Origin: Acinetobacter sp.
GTDB lineage: Bacteria; Pseudomonadota; Gammaproteobacteria; Pseudomonadales; Moraxellaceae
Assembly: GCA_030152605.1 (NCBI GenBank)
Contig: JASLJB010000101.1
Coordinates: forward strand, 1-44,029
Direction: 5' to 3'
DNA: 44,029 nt
Below the pieces are notes generated by a model. That model saw only the letters and a list, made by a program, of their open reading frames with translations. It was not told where the DNA came from and searched no databases. A program made the position numbers and the translations under genes. Positions 31,049 to 41,147 of the stretch are shown piece after piece. How positions within the stretch are numbered: position 1 is the stretch's first letter; the number at the start of each line of letters is the position of its first letter.

Positions 31049-31834
31049 ATGGAAAACATGCAGCAACAGACACAGTATTCAGGTATTGCTGGCAAAACAG
31101 TCATGGTGACGGGTGCCGCCGCAGGTATTGGTTTTTGTTTATCCCAAGCCTTTGCAGCCCAAGGTGCTCAGGTCTTTATGATCGACTATAACGCAGCAGC
31201 TTTGGCTCAAGCTGCGAAGCAACTTCAAGCCTATCAGGTGCATGCTTATGTCGCCAATGTGACAGATGATGATGCCGTGATTGCAGCCTTTGAAGCATGT
31301 AAAAAACACTTTGGCTGGGTTGATATTTTATTCAATAACGCCGGTATTTCTTTAAATAAACCCTCTTTAGAAATTTCCATGACTGAGTGGCGTCGCTGTG
31401 TGGATATCAATCTAAGCAGCTTATTCTTATGTTCACAGCAAGCGGCCAAACATATGCAGCAGCAAGGTCGTGGTGTGATTATTAATACTGCATCTATTTG
31501 GGGGCTCAGTAGCGCTGCAGAGCGGACAGCCTATTGCACCACCAAAGCAGGTGTCGTATCGATGACCAAATGCCTTGCAGCAGAGTGGGGCAAGTTGGGA
31601 ATTCGCGTTTTAGCGATCGGACCTGGCTATACCCGCACTGCATTGGTCGAACAATTACAACAGCAAAATACCTTAGATGTGGCTGATTTAGCACGCCGTA
31701 CACCTTTAGGTCGTCTGGCCGAACCCGAAGAAATAGCAGAAGTGGCTCTTTTTCTCGCCTCTGATGCCGCCAAATTTATCACAGGACAAACTTATTTAAT
31801 TGATGGGGGGTGGGATGCCAATGGATTTCAGTAA
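31049..31834 (+). CDS. Short-chain dehydrogenase/reductase
   Basis: TGAAAGIG, NNAG, YCTTK. Confidence 0.95.
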   Translation: MENMQQQTQYSGIAGKTVMVTGAAAGIGFCLSQAFAAQGAQVFMIDYNAAALAQAAKQLQAYQVHAYVANVTDDDAVIAAFEACKKHFGWVDILFNNAGISLNKPSLEISMTEWRRCVDINLSSLFLCSQQAAKHMQQQGRGVIINTASIWGLSSAAERTAYCTTKAGVVSMTKCLAAEWGKLGIRVLAIGPGYTRTALVEQLQQQNTLDVADLARRTPLGRLAEPEEIAEVALFLASDAAKFITGQTYLIDGGWDANGFQ

Positions 31835-31885
31835 ATCCATCTCCTCTACCCAACATCAACCTCTATATTGCAAAGGATCGAGCAA

Positions 31886-34069
31886 ATGCCAAATCAGATA
31901 AACCTCCAACCTGCCAGCCCTTGGATTGAACTGCAAACCACTCAAGAAGATTGGGATCAAGCGGATGCTAGTCTGCTCGAAAGTATGTTGACTCAACTGC
32001 ATATCGTACGGGCATTTGAAGAATCGGTACTTGAACTTGCAGGTGAGGGCTTGGTACATGGTCCAGCACATTCAAGTATTGGTCAGGAAGGTGGGGCTGT
32101 CGGTTCAATTGTTTCTTTAACTGCTGCTGATCAAGTGAATGGTTCGCATCGAGGACATCATCAGTTTCTGGCCAAAGCTTTAACTTATTTGCGTCCAGAT
32201 GGGATGAAGATAGATCAAGCATTTGGGGCGGATATTCAAGATGTTTTGCAGCGGACGTTGGCTGAGATTTTAGGTCTAGCCCAAGGCTTCTGTAAAGGTC
32301 GTGGTGGATCAATGCATCTACAGTGGATCGAAGCAGGTGCTTTGGGGACCAATGCCATTGTTGGTGGTGGTGCGCCGATGGCTGCCGGTGCGGCATGGGC
32401 ACATCGTCATGCGGAAACAGATGCGATTGCGATCACTTATTTTGGCGATGGTGCAGTCAATATTGGCTCCGTACTTGAAACTATGAATCTGGCAGCAGCA
32501 TGGAAACTACCGATCTGTTTCTTTATTGAAAACAATCGCTATGCAGTGTCGACTTCGGTTGAAGAGGCCACAGCAGAAACGCGCCTGTCTTCACGTGGAT
32601 CAGCATTTAATATTCCGAGTTGGAAAGTAGATGGCATGGATCCATTGGCAGTGCATCTCACCATGCAACAGGCATTGATGCATATGCGTTCTGGCCAAGG
32701 CCCAACCATTGTTGAAGCAGATGTCTATCGCTTCTTCCATCAAAATGGCCCTTATCCAGGCAGTGCCTTTGGTTATCGCAGCAAAGAAGAAGAGCAACAG
32801 TGGAAGGTACGCGATCCGATCAGCTTACTTGAAACGCAAATGTTAGCCCGTGGCCTCGTCCATGCTGAACAAATTCAGCTACTTCGTACGCAGTGTCAGG
32901 ACGCGATGGCACAGGCGGTGGCTGAACTGACTCAATCTGCTGATAAAGGTAAACGTCAAATTCGTCCTGAATTATGGCCTTCAAAAGATTTTGTTGACGT
33001 GGGCATTCGCGGTGATCTGTCTGAACTCGATGCTTGTGAAACTTTGGAGCAGCGAAGCTGTACGCATAATTTAGTCAAAACTAAGTTTATTGATGCTGTG
33101 GCTAATGTCATGAATCGCCGTATGGAAACGGATGATTCAATAGTGGTCATGGGCGAAGATATTCATCGCCTGAAAGGTGGTACCAATGGTGCAACAAAAG
33201 GACTTAAAGAGCGTTTCCCAACGCGGACCTTGGGTACCCCGATCAGTGAAAATGCCTTTATGGGCTTAGGCGGTGGCATTGCTGTTGATGGTCGTTTTAA
33301 ACCCGTGGTCGAGTTTATGTATCCAGATTTTATGTGGGTTGCAGCTGATCAAGTGTTTAACCAAATTGGTAAAGCACGACATATGTTTGGTGGTCAGAGC
33401 GACGTGCCTTTAGTCCTGCGTACCAAGATTGCGATGGGGACTGGCTATGGTTCACAGCACTCAATGGATCCAGCCGGTATTTTCGTGACCAATCCGGGCT
33501 GGCGTATTGTGGCGGCATCAACCCCCTTTGATTATATCGGCTTGATGAACTTTGCCTTGGCTTGTAAAGATCCAGTCTTGGTGATTGAGCATGTCGATTT
33601 GTATAGCAAAAGTGGTCTAGTGGCCGAAGGTCAGTTGGATTATCAAATTCCATTTGCTCAAGCAGCCGTGCGCCGTGAAGGTCAGGCATTGACGATTTTG
33701 ACCTATTTATCGATGGTTGATCACAGTTTAGAAGCTGTTGAACAGACGGGTGTGGATGCTGAAGTGATTGATCTGCGCTTCTTAGATCGCGCTAGCCTAG
33801 ATTGGGACACGATTGAAGCGAGTATTCGAAAAACTAACAATGTATTGATTGTCGAGCAAGGCAATCAAGGCACTTCATACGGCGGTTGGTTGGCTGACGA
33901 GTTGCAACGTCGCTGCTTTGACTGGCTCGATCAACCGATTCAACGTGTGCATGGCACCGAGGGTGCGCCAAGTATTTCTAAAGTCTTAGAGCGTGCTGCA
34001 GCTGCACGGACTGAAGAGGTCGTCGCTGGCTTACATCGTGTGATGCAGGACAAAGGCGAAGGGATTTAA
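31886..34069 (+). CDS. Fused E1 alpha/beta TPP-dependent 2-oxoacid/acetoin-type dehydrogenase
   Basis: HSSIGQE, GRGGSMH, GDGA..ENN TPP motif, then beta domain (GEDI, TPISE, SQHS, EVIDLR); AAGGA RBS before ATG 31886. Confidence 0.93.
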   Translation: MPNQINLQPASPWIELQTTQEDWDQADASLLESMLTQLHIVRAFEESVLELAGEGLVHGPAHSSIGQEGGAVGSIVSLTAADQVNGSHRGHHQFLAKALTYLRPDGMKIDQAFGADIQDVLQRTLAEILGLAQGFCKGRGGSMHLQWIEAGALGTNAIVGGGAPMAAGAAWAHRHAETDAIAITYFGDGAVNIGSVLETMNLAAAWKLPICFFIENNRYAVSTSVEEATAETRLSSRGSAFNIPSWKVDGMDPLAVHLTMQQALMHMRSGQGPTIVEADVYRFFHQNGPYPGSAFGYRSKEEEQQWKVRDPISLLETQMLARGLVHAEQIQLLRTQCQDAMAQAVAELTQSADKGKRQIRPELWPSKDFVDVGIRGDLSELDACETLEQRSCTHNLVKTKFIDAVANVMNRRMETDDSIVVMGEDIHRLKGGTNGATKGLKERFPTRTLGTPISENAFMGLGGGIAVDGRFKPVVEFMYPDFMWVAADQVFNQIGKARHMFGGQSDVPLVLRTKIAMGTGYGSQHSMDPAGIFVTNPGWRIVAASTPFDYIGLMNFALACKDPVLVIEHVDLYSKSGLVAEGQLDYQIPFAQAAVRREGQALTILTYLSMVDHSLEAVEQTGVDAEVIDLRFLDRASLDWDTIEASIRKTNNVLIVEQGNQGTSYGGWLADELQRRCFDWLDQPIQRVHGTEGAPSISKVLERAAAARTEEVVAGLHRVMQDKGEGI

Positions 34070-34115
34070 GCCCACAGTTTTCAATCTTATTTCAATTTTA
34101 GTCAAAGGTCGCAGC

Positions 34116-35369
34116 ATGTCTAAGTTACTCCATATGCCAGAGGTTTTGGCGAATACCACCCACGCCACCATTAACCAATGGTTGATCAAAGAAGGCGATA
34201 CGATCGTCATGGGTCAATGCATTGCAGAAGTAGAAACAGAAAAAGCCGTTATTGAAATGATGGCAGAACAAGACGGTGTGGTGAGTAAATTAATCGCACA
34301 AGAAGGCGAAGAAGTTGAAGTCGGTGCGCCGATTGTGCAGCTCAATGGCGATGGTCAAGTAGATGTGACAGCGCCGCTTGCTCGGGTGGAAACCGCATCA
34401 GCCCTTGAAACGCATGCCGCTGTGCCAGTCATGCCACATTTAGCAGTGACAGGATCGGCAAATACCGTGCAAGGTGAGCGTATTTTTGCATCACCGTTGG
34501 CCAAGCGTTTGGCAAAAAATCATCAATTGAACATGGCTGAATTAAGTGGCAGTGGCCCACGCGGCCGTATCGTAAAACGTGATATCGAGTTGGCTTTGGC
34601 ACATACAGCACAGCCCAATGCAACCGAAAATTTTACTGCAATTGTGCCGGCAACGATGTCTGCGCCGGATACAGTGGCAACGCAGAGTTTCGATTATGAC
34701 GAAATTCCGCTCAGTAATATGCGTAAAACCATTGCGCGTCGTCTGACCGAAAGTAAGTCCAACGTGCCGCATTTTTATTTAAATGTTGAATGTCAGGTCG
34801 ATGCTTTATTGGCATTACGTCAACAGTTAAATGCTGTTGCAGCAGAAAAAATATCCGTCAATGACATGATCATCAAAGCGGTCGCATTGGCATCGACACA
34901 GGTGCCTGCCATGAATGCTTGTTGGGCGGAAACGGTAATTCGTCAATATCATCATGTTGATATTAGTGTGGCAGTCGCAACAGACAAAGGTCTGCTAACT
35001 CCGGTCATTCGACAGGCTGAGATCAAAACATTGTCTGCGATTCATCGTGAGGTGGTTGAACTGGCTGAATTGGCACGTGCTGGAAAGTTGACGCCGGATC
35101 AATATCAAGGCGGTAGTTTTAGTATCAGTAATTTGGGTATGTTCGGTGTTTCCGACTTTAACGCCATTATTAACCCGCCACAGGCCGGTATTTTAGCAGT
35201 TGGTGCAATTCAGAAAAAACCAATTGTGATCAATGATGCTTTAGCGGTCGGTTCTGTACTGCGTTGTAGCTTATCTGCAGATCATCGTGTGGTGGATGGT
35301 GCTGTGGCTGCAGCTTGGTTGGCTGCCTTACAACAGTTACTTGAAGCACCATTGAAACTGTTGGTTTAA
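34116..35369 (+). CDS. Dihydrolipoamide acyltransferase (E2)
   Basis: Single lipoyl domain (EVETEKA), E3-binding domain (ASPLAKRLA..GSGPRGRI), catalytic DHRVVDGA. Confidence 0.95.
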   Translation: MSKLLHMPEVLANTTHATINQWLIKEGDTIVMGQCIAEVETEKAVIEMMAEQDGVVSKLIAQEGEEVEVGAPIVQLNGDGQVDVTAPLARVETASALETHAAVPVMPHLAVTGSANTVQGERIFASPLAKRLAKNHQLNMAELSGSGPRGRIVKRDIELALAHTAQPNATENFTAIVPATMSAPDTVATQSFDYDEIPLSNMRKTIARRLTESKSNVPHFYLNVECQVDALLALRQQLNAVAAEKISVNDMIIKAVALASTQVPAMNACWAETVIRQYHHVDISVAVATDKGLLTPVIRQAEIKTLSAIHREVVELAELARAGKLTPDQYQGGSFSISNLGMFGVSDFNAIINPPQAGILAVGAIQKKPIVINDALAVGSVLRCSLSADHRVVDGAVAAAWLAALQQLLEAPLKLLV

Positions 35370-35380
35370 GGGGAACAGAC

Positions 35381-36781
35381 ATGAATCAGAAAAAATTTGA
35401 TTTGGTCGTAATCGGTGGTGGGCCAGGTGGTTATGTCGCGGCGATTCGCGCCAGTCAATTAGGTTTGAAAACAGCTATCGTTGAACGTGCTGAACTTGGC
35501 GGGATTTGTTTGAACTGGGGCTGTCTCCCGACCAAGGCCTTGCTCAGAAGTGCGGATGTTTTACGCTTAGTTAAGCAGGCCGATGAGTTTGGTATCCATG
35601 TCGCCGCACCTCAGATTAATTTAGAAAAAGTGGTCAAGCGTTCGCGTGATGTGTCCGCCAAATTGCAGCGTGGTGTAGCGAGTTTATTAAAGAGTAATAA
35701 AATTACGCTGATCCAAGGTACAGCCAAATTAATCGGCGCTGGCAAGCTGAGTGTTGCCATGGGCGATACGACGCAGCAGCTTGAGGCCACACATATTATT
35801 TTGGCTACGGGTGCCCGTGCCCGTACGATCCCGAATATGCAGGTCGATGGGCAATATTTTTGGAGTTATCGCGAAGCCTTGGTTCCGAAAAGTATTCCCA
35901 AACGCATTTTGGTGATTGGAGCGGGTGCAATCGGGATTGAATTTGCTTGTTTTTATCGGTCGATGGGTGCACAAGTCAGCGTGGTGGAGATGTCAGATCG
36001 GATCTTGCCACAAGAGGATGCTGAAATTTCCATGACCGTGGCCAAGGCACTCAAGCAAGATGAGATTGATATTTATACCGGTTGCAAAGTGGCCACACAT
36101 CAGATCGTCAACGGCGTGGTCCAGCTCAGCATCGAAGGTGCACAGCGTAAAGTCTTGCATGCAGATGTAGTGTTGTTGGCCGTGGGGATTACAGCCAATA
36201 CCGAAGCGTTGGGATTGGAAAAAACCAATATTCAACTCGATCGTGGACATATCGTTACGGATGAGTTTTGCCGAACTAGCGAAAACAATATCTATGCCAT
36301 TGGGGATGTTGCAGGCCCACCGTGGTTGGCACACAAAGCCAGTCATGAAGGTGTACTCTGCGTCGAAAAAATTATGGGTTTAGACGTACATCCTTTGAAT
36401 GCCAATCAAGTACCGGCTTGTACTTATAGTCATCCACAAGTCGCCAGTGTCGGTTATAGCGAACAACAAGCTCAGGCTTTGGGCAAGAAAATTCGTGTGG
36501 GTAAATTCCCATTTATGGCCAATGGTAAAGCATTGGCCATGGGCAGCACGGATGGTTTTGTCAAAGTAATTTTTGATGAAAACAGTGGTGAGTTACTCGG
36601 TGCACATATGGTCGGTGATGAAGTTACTGAAATGATTAATGGCTTTGCGATAGCGCAGACCCTTGAAACCACGGAACAGGAATTGATGCAGACGGTTCTA
36701 CCGCATCCCACGATGTCAGAAGCCATGCATGAAGCAGTTTTATCTGCCTATCAACGTGCACTACACCAAGCCTCTTCGTGA
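35381..36781 (+). CDS. lpdA: Dihydrolipoamide dehydrogenase (E3)
   Basis: GGGPGGY, GGICLNWGCLPTK redox disulfide, HPTMSE. Confidence 0.96.
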   Translation: MNQKKFDLVVIGGGPGGYVAAIRASQLGLKTAIVERAELGGICLNWGCLPTKALLRSADVLRLVKQADEFGIHVAAPQINLEKVVKRSRDVSAKLQRGVASLLKSNKITLIQGTAKLIGAGKLSVAMGDTTQQLEATHIILATGARARTIPNMQVDGQYFWSYREALVPKSIPKRILVIGAGAIGIEFACFYRSMGAQVSVVEMSDRILPQEDAEISMTVAKALKQDEIDIYTGCKVATHQIVNGVVQLSIEGAQRKVLHADVVLLAVGITANTEALGLEKTNIQLDRGHIVTDEFCRTSENNIYAIGDVAGPPWLAHKASHEGVLCVEKIMGLDVHPLNANQVPACTYSHPQVASVGYSEQQAQALGKKIRVGKFPFMANGKALAMGSTDGFVKVIFDENSGELLGAHMVGDEVTEMINGFAIAQTLETTEQELMQTVLPHPTMSEAMHEAVLSAYQRALHQASS

Positions 36782-36979
36782 TCTAAGCACAGGATAGAAA
36801 TTGAAAATGTGCTGAGAAACTTAGCTAGGAGATCGCGCTTTAATATTGCTGCCATCGTGCTGTGTATTGCCTCAACCGGCGTTGGAGTTACATGCAGAAC
36901 AATAAAGCGCTCGATTTAGATCAGATTGAAGTGCGCCGTAAAGGGACGTCACGGGTAACCCTATCAAATAAGGATATAT

Positions 36980-38269
36980 ATGAATCAACTTGTAAATAAT
37001 GTACCAACAACACCAGTGTTGGACGCCGAACGTAAAAAGTCACTGATCGCAACCGGTATTGGTAATGTTTTAGAGTGGTATGACTGGACCATTTACGCCA
37101 TTGCTTCGGTTTATATCGCAGCAGCTTTATTTAATAAGACCGATCCAGCTTCTGCATTATTGAGCACTCTTGCGGTATTTGCAGTCGGCTTTATTTCACG
37201 ACCGTTAGGTGGATTTATTTTTGGCCCGCTCGCGGACAAAATAGGACGCCGAAATGTTTTGATGACCACGATGTTACTCATGGCTGGTGCCAGTATCGTG
37301 ATTGCTCTCATTCCAAGTTATGAGTCGATCGGTAGTTGGGCATCTTTGTGTTTATTGTTGGCACGTTTAGTTCAGGGTTTTGCGCATGGAGGGGAGCAAA
37401 CTGCTTCCTATGCATATATTGCTGAAATTGCCCCGCCTGAAAAACGTGGATTATGGGCGAGTAGTATTTATTTTTCAGTCGGTGTTGGTTCGCTTATCGC
37501 AACATTATTTTTGGCATTATTAACTTCGATTATTCCTGAAGAGGCCATGCAAGATTGGGGATGGCGTATTCCATTTTTACTGGGTGGGGCATTGGCATTT
37601 TTTGCATTGTATTTACGTCGCAATATGATCGAAAGTGAACATGTTGAAAAAATGCAGCAGGATGATTCACCAGAGTGGCCATTATCCAAGATACTCGCCA
37701 CGGGGTTTAAAACCTTTTTCTACGTTGCAGGTGCGACGCTCACTTATTATATCTGGGTGACGTGTGTATCGATTTATGCCATTTCACATATGAAAATGGA
37801 CCCACATGGCGCATTTGTCATGAGTTGTTTTGCGCAAGTGGTTTATTTAGTATTTTTACCGTTGCAAGGATGGCTCTCCGACAAAATTGGACGTAAAGCC
37901 TGTGCCTTGATTTCATTTGCAGGATCGGCGCTATTACTCTTCCCATTATGGTCGTTGATTACCGATGCGCCATGGACGTTATTCATCGCGCAAGCGATTG
38001 GTTTGGTATTTGTTGGCTTTATGACTGGTAGTAAACCTGCTGCTATTTCTGAGCAAATTCCAACACGTTATCGCACTAGAGTACTTGGAATATTTATGTC
38101 TTTGGCGATCGCTATTTTCGGTGGCACTGCATCATATATTAATGCGTGGATGTACCTGAATGATTTGGGATGGTTGTTTAATGTCTATACCATCATCGTG
38201 TGTATTTTAGCGATTATCGCTGTACTCACTTGGAAGAATAATAAAGGTATTGCCTTAGATAAAATCTGA
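36980..38269 (+). CDS. MFS transporter, metabolite:H+ symporter (KgtP/ShiA/ProP) family
   Basis: GNVLEWYD, RPLGG..DKIGRR, RLVQGFAHGGE, WGWRIPF. Confidence 0.93.
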   Translation: MNQLVNNVPTTPVLDAERKKSLIATGIGNVLEWYDWTIYAIASVYIAAALFNKTDPASALLSTLAVFAVGFISRPLGGFIFGPLADKIGRRNVLMTTMLLMAGASIVIALIPSYESIGSWASLCLLLARLVQGFAHGGEQTASYAYIAEIAPPEKRGLWASSIYFSVGVGSLIATLFLALLTSIIPEEAMQDWGWRIPFLLGGALAFFALYLRRNMIESEHVEKMQQDDSPEWPLSKILATGFKTFFYVAGATLTYYIWVTCVSIYAISHMKMDPHGAFVMSCFAQVVYLVFLPLQGWLSDKIGRKACALISFAGSALLLFPLWSLITDAPWTLFIAQAIGLVFVGFMTGSKPAAISEQIPTRYRTRVLGIFMSLAIAIFGGTASYINAWMYLNDLGWLFNVYTIIVCILAIIAVLTWKNNKGIALDKI

Positions 38270-38275
38270 TTCTAT

Positions 38276-38301
38276 AGGCATCTGCTGCAAAGCAGATGCC
38301 T
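38276..38301 (+). terminator. Hairpin between the MFS and shikimate-dehydrogenase-like genes
   Basis: AGGCATCTGCT-GCAA-AGCAGATGCCT perfect 11-bp stem; short U-tract. Confidence 0.6.
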
Positions 38302-38404
38302 TGAGTTAAATGTAAGGCAGCGAAATTGAAAGGCATAAAATTAAAATGTTGGATTGAACATTGTTAATTTAAATAACGTTAAATGAAATTGAAGGAGTGT
38401 GAGG

Positions 38405-39247
38405 ATGAGTGTAGATCAAGTGATACCGATTACGGGAAAGACGAAAATCATCGCTATTCTCGCCGATCCGATTGCACAGGTACAGACACCACGGATCATG
38501 AATATGCTGCTGCAAAAAGCACAGTATGATGCAGTCTGCGTACCTTTTCAGGTTGCTGCTGAAGACTTGGAGCAATGTCTAGCAGGTTTGAAGTTGATTC
38601 CAAGTATTGTGGGGGCTGTGGTTACTGTGCCACATAAAATGAATATGTGTGTTCTGACTGAAATCAAGGGCACACAAGCGCAAGTCATTGGCGCCGTCAA
38701 TGCAATTCGCTTTGATGAACAGCGATTAATTCATGGTGAGATGTTTGATGGCAAGGGCTTTGTCCAGGGACTGAAGCATGCTGATCTGCAGATCAATTCA
38801 GATGTAAACGTATTTATTGCGGGTGCTGGTGGGGTTGCACGTGGAATTGCTTTTGCACTATTAGAGTGCGGGGTGAAAAATCTCGCAATACATAACCGGA
38901 CAAAGACTACAGCAGAAGCTTTGGTCGGTGAATTACAAGATTTTGCACCTGATGCTAATGTGCGATGTGTGGATCGTCATCCGCAACAGATGGATCTGTG
39001 CATCAATGCCACTTCGGCTGGGATGTTAGGTCCACTGGAACATCACATGGCCTTTGATCTTGATGGACTAGATCACAGTACTTGTATCGCTGAAGTGGTG
39101 ATGAGTCCAGCAAAAACCCAATTGCTCTTGCAAGCAGAGGCCAAAGGGATGAAAACGGTGTCGGGTCAAGCGATGCTTATGGCACAAATTGGGCAGTTGG
39201 CAGCTTTTATCTTAAATGCACCTGAGCTGACTCAGGTAGATATTTAG
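38405..39247 (+). CDS. Shikimate dehydrogenase superfamily protein, non-canonical (RifI-like)
   Basis: DPIAQVQTP, TVPHK, GAVN, MFDG, GAGGVA, NRT, INAT; lacks the HSxSP motif of true AroE. Confidence 0.88.
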   Translation: MSVDQVIPITGKTKIIAILADPIAQVQTPRIMNMLLQKAQYDAVCVPFQVAAEDLEQCLAGLKLIPSIVGAVVTVPHKMNMCVLTEIKGTQAQVIGAVNAIRFDEQRLIHGEMFDGKGFVQGLKHADLQINSDVNVFIAGAGGVARGIAFALLECGVKNLAIHNRTKTTAEALVGELQDFAPDANVRCVDRHPQQMDLCINATSAGMLGPLEHHMAFDLDGLDHSTCIAEVVMSPAKTQLLLQAEAKGMKTVSGQAMLMAQIGQLAAFILNAPELTQVDI

Positions 39248-39258
39248 AGGCAATCAAG

Positions 39259-39999
39259 ATGTTTAATTTTAAAAATAAAACGGTACTCATCACGGGAGCT
39301 TCGGGCGGTATTGCATTGAGTTGTATTGCTAAATTTTATCAGGCAGGTGCACAGCTAGTTTTGTCTGATTTAAATTTAGCCGCTTTACAACAGTACGCTG
39401 CTAAGCTTGACCCGAGCGGTGAACGGATTTTGACCTTACATCAAGATGTCACTGATTCACAGCAGGCCATTGATGTGGTTGCTGCGGCGGCGAAACGTTT
39501 TGGTGGAATTGATATTCTAATTCCATGTGCGGGGCTGTATTTAGAGCGTGCTTTGCAAGATATGTCTGATCAGGAATGGCAGAAAGTCACAGCCGTAAAT
39601 CTCGATGGAGTGTTTTATACCATCCGTGCAGCAATTCCACATCTACGTCAGGGCGGGGCGATTGTGAATGTCACTTCGATGGCAGGACATAAGGGCAGTT
39701 TTCATCACGGACATTATGCTGCATCAAAAGGTGCTGTATTAAATTTAACCCGAACATTGGCCTTAGAATTGGCGCCGGCTATTCGCGTCAATAATGTCTC
39801 GCCTGGCTTGATCGAAACGCCAATGATCGAAAAATTAATGCAGTCACAAGGTGAAAAATTATTGGATCAGACGCCGTTAAAACGTTTAGGCCGGGCTGAT
39901 GAAGTTGCAGATGCGATTTTATATTTGGCTTCTGATTATGCCAGTTTTATTAGTGGTGAAACCTTACATGTCAATGGTGGTTTATATATCGCAAGTTGA
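39259..39999 (+). CDS. Short-chain dehydrogenase/reductase (FabG-like)
   Basis: TGASGGIA, YAASK, VNGG. Confidence 0.95.
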   Translation: MFNFKNKTVLITGASGGIALSCIAKFYQAGAQLVLSDLNLAALQQYAAKLDPSGERILTLHQDVTDSQQAIDVVAAAAKRFGGIDILIPCAGLYLERALQDMSDQEWQKVTAVNLDGVFYTIRAAIPHLRQGGAIVNVTSMAGHKGSFHHGHYAASKGAVLNLTRTLALELAPAIRVNNVSPGLIETPMIEKLMQSQGEKLLDQTPLKRLGRADEVADAILYLASDYASFISGETLHVNGGLYIAS

Positions 40000-40024
40000 T
40001 CGAGCTTTACTATCGAGTCATGTC

Positions 40025-40065
40025 AAACCTCATTCGTTTTTAATATCACGAATGAGGTTTTTTTT
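40025..40065 (+). terminator. Rho-independent terminator of the catabolic operon
   Basis: AAACCTCATTCGT ... ACGAATGAGGTTT stem followed by a T-run. Confidence 0.8.
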
Positions 40066-40103
40066 GAGAGGCGACTGGGTACTAGGAGACACAGTCGTCT
40101 GCC

Positions 40104-40796
40104 TTAGGTTTGGTTGGGGAGCGAATCCAAACGACGTTTATAATTATAAACTGCTGCTGCACCGGCATCTAAAAGATGCTGATCATTATGCGCACATGCT
40201 TGATCGATGTTTTCAGCCAGTGTTGCATCAAAAATCAGTTTTAAATCCTCATATCCGTGTTTCACCCGATCTTCATATACAAATGCAAAATGCTTAAATA
40301 AACCAACACGCGCTTGAATCTTTAAAATCATTTCTTCAAGCACATTATTTTTAGCACCGATGAGTAAGATCTCGTAAAAACGATCTTTATATTCCCAACG
40401 TTGCTCAACACTGCCATTTAAAAATCGTTCATCAAGTTGGCTGTAGAGTTTTTTTAAGTCTTGTTTATCTTCGGTGGTCGCATTTTTAATAAACAGCTCG
40501 ATCATCAAGCTTTCAACTCTGGCACGCACTAAATATAAATTAATAATGTCTTCTTCGGAGAGCTTGGTCACAATCGGACCCTGCATCGCAACCACACTCA
40601 CCAAGTGTTCACTTTCAAGTAAACGCAACACTTCACGAATGACGGTTCGAGAAACACCATAACGCTCACATAAACTACTTTCGACCAGCCGATCGCCAGG
40701 CATAAAAAATCCGTCGAGGATGTCCCTTTTGAGTAAAACCGTGACTTGTTGTCGTATGGGGGCGGCTTGACGTTTAACTAGGGGTTTTTCATTCAT
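40104..40796 (-). CDS. GntR family regulator with FCD domain
   Basis: PGDRLVESSLCERYGVSRTVIREVL HTH; helical FCD-like C-terminus; convergent with the operon. Confidence 0.93.
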   Translation of the reverse strand: MNEKPLVKRQAAPIRQQVTVLLKRDILDGFFMPGDRLVESSLCERYGVSRTVIREVLRLLESEHLVSVVAMQGPIVTKLSEEDIINLYLVRARVESLMIELFIKNATTEDKQDLKKLYSQLDERFLNGSVEQRWEYKDRFYEILLIGAKNNVLEEMILKIQARVGLFKHFAFVYEDRVKHGYEDLKLIFDATLAENIDQACAHNDQHLLDAGAAAVYNYKRRLDSLPNQT

Positions 40797-41147
40797 TCTT
40801 GGAACCTAGAAGATCATTAAGTCGTAATATTATAATATAGGTAGATTTATTTTGTTGTGCTTAGGATAAAAAACAGAGTAACTATAAGTAATTAAATTAA
40901 TTAAAATATTTTTAATAAAGTTGGGGTTTTTGCTGCATTGGATGATCTGAGATATCTCCGGAATTTTTGCTTAAACTTGAAAATGAACTGACTTTGATGG
41001 GGGGGATGCATGTGCGTGCTTTAAGGGGCAGTATGCATGGGCTAAAAGTGAGAAAGGCAAACAAAGATGACTTTAAATAGAGTGTGAAAATTTATTCGCG
41101 AACTCGTTATACTGCATAGCAATGCTTGATTCAAAGTTCGAACCGAT

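Noticed and set aside
41007..41020. TGCATGTGCGTGCT resembling the MarR box
   Set aside because: Two mismatches break the palindrome and it is far from the module; likely chance.
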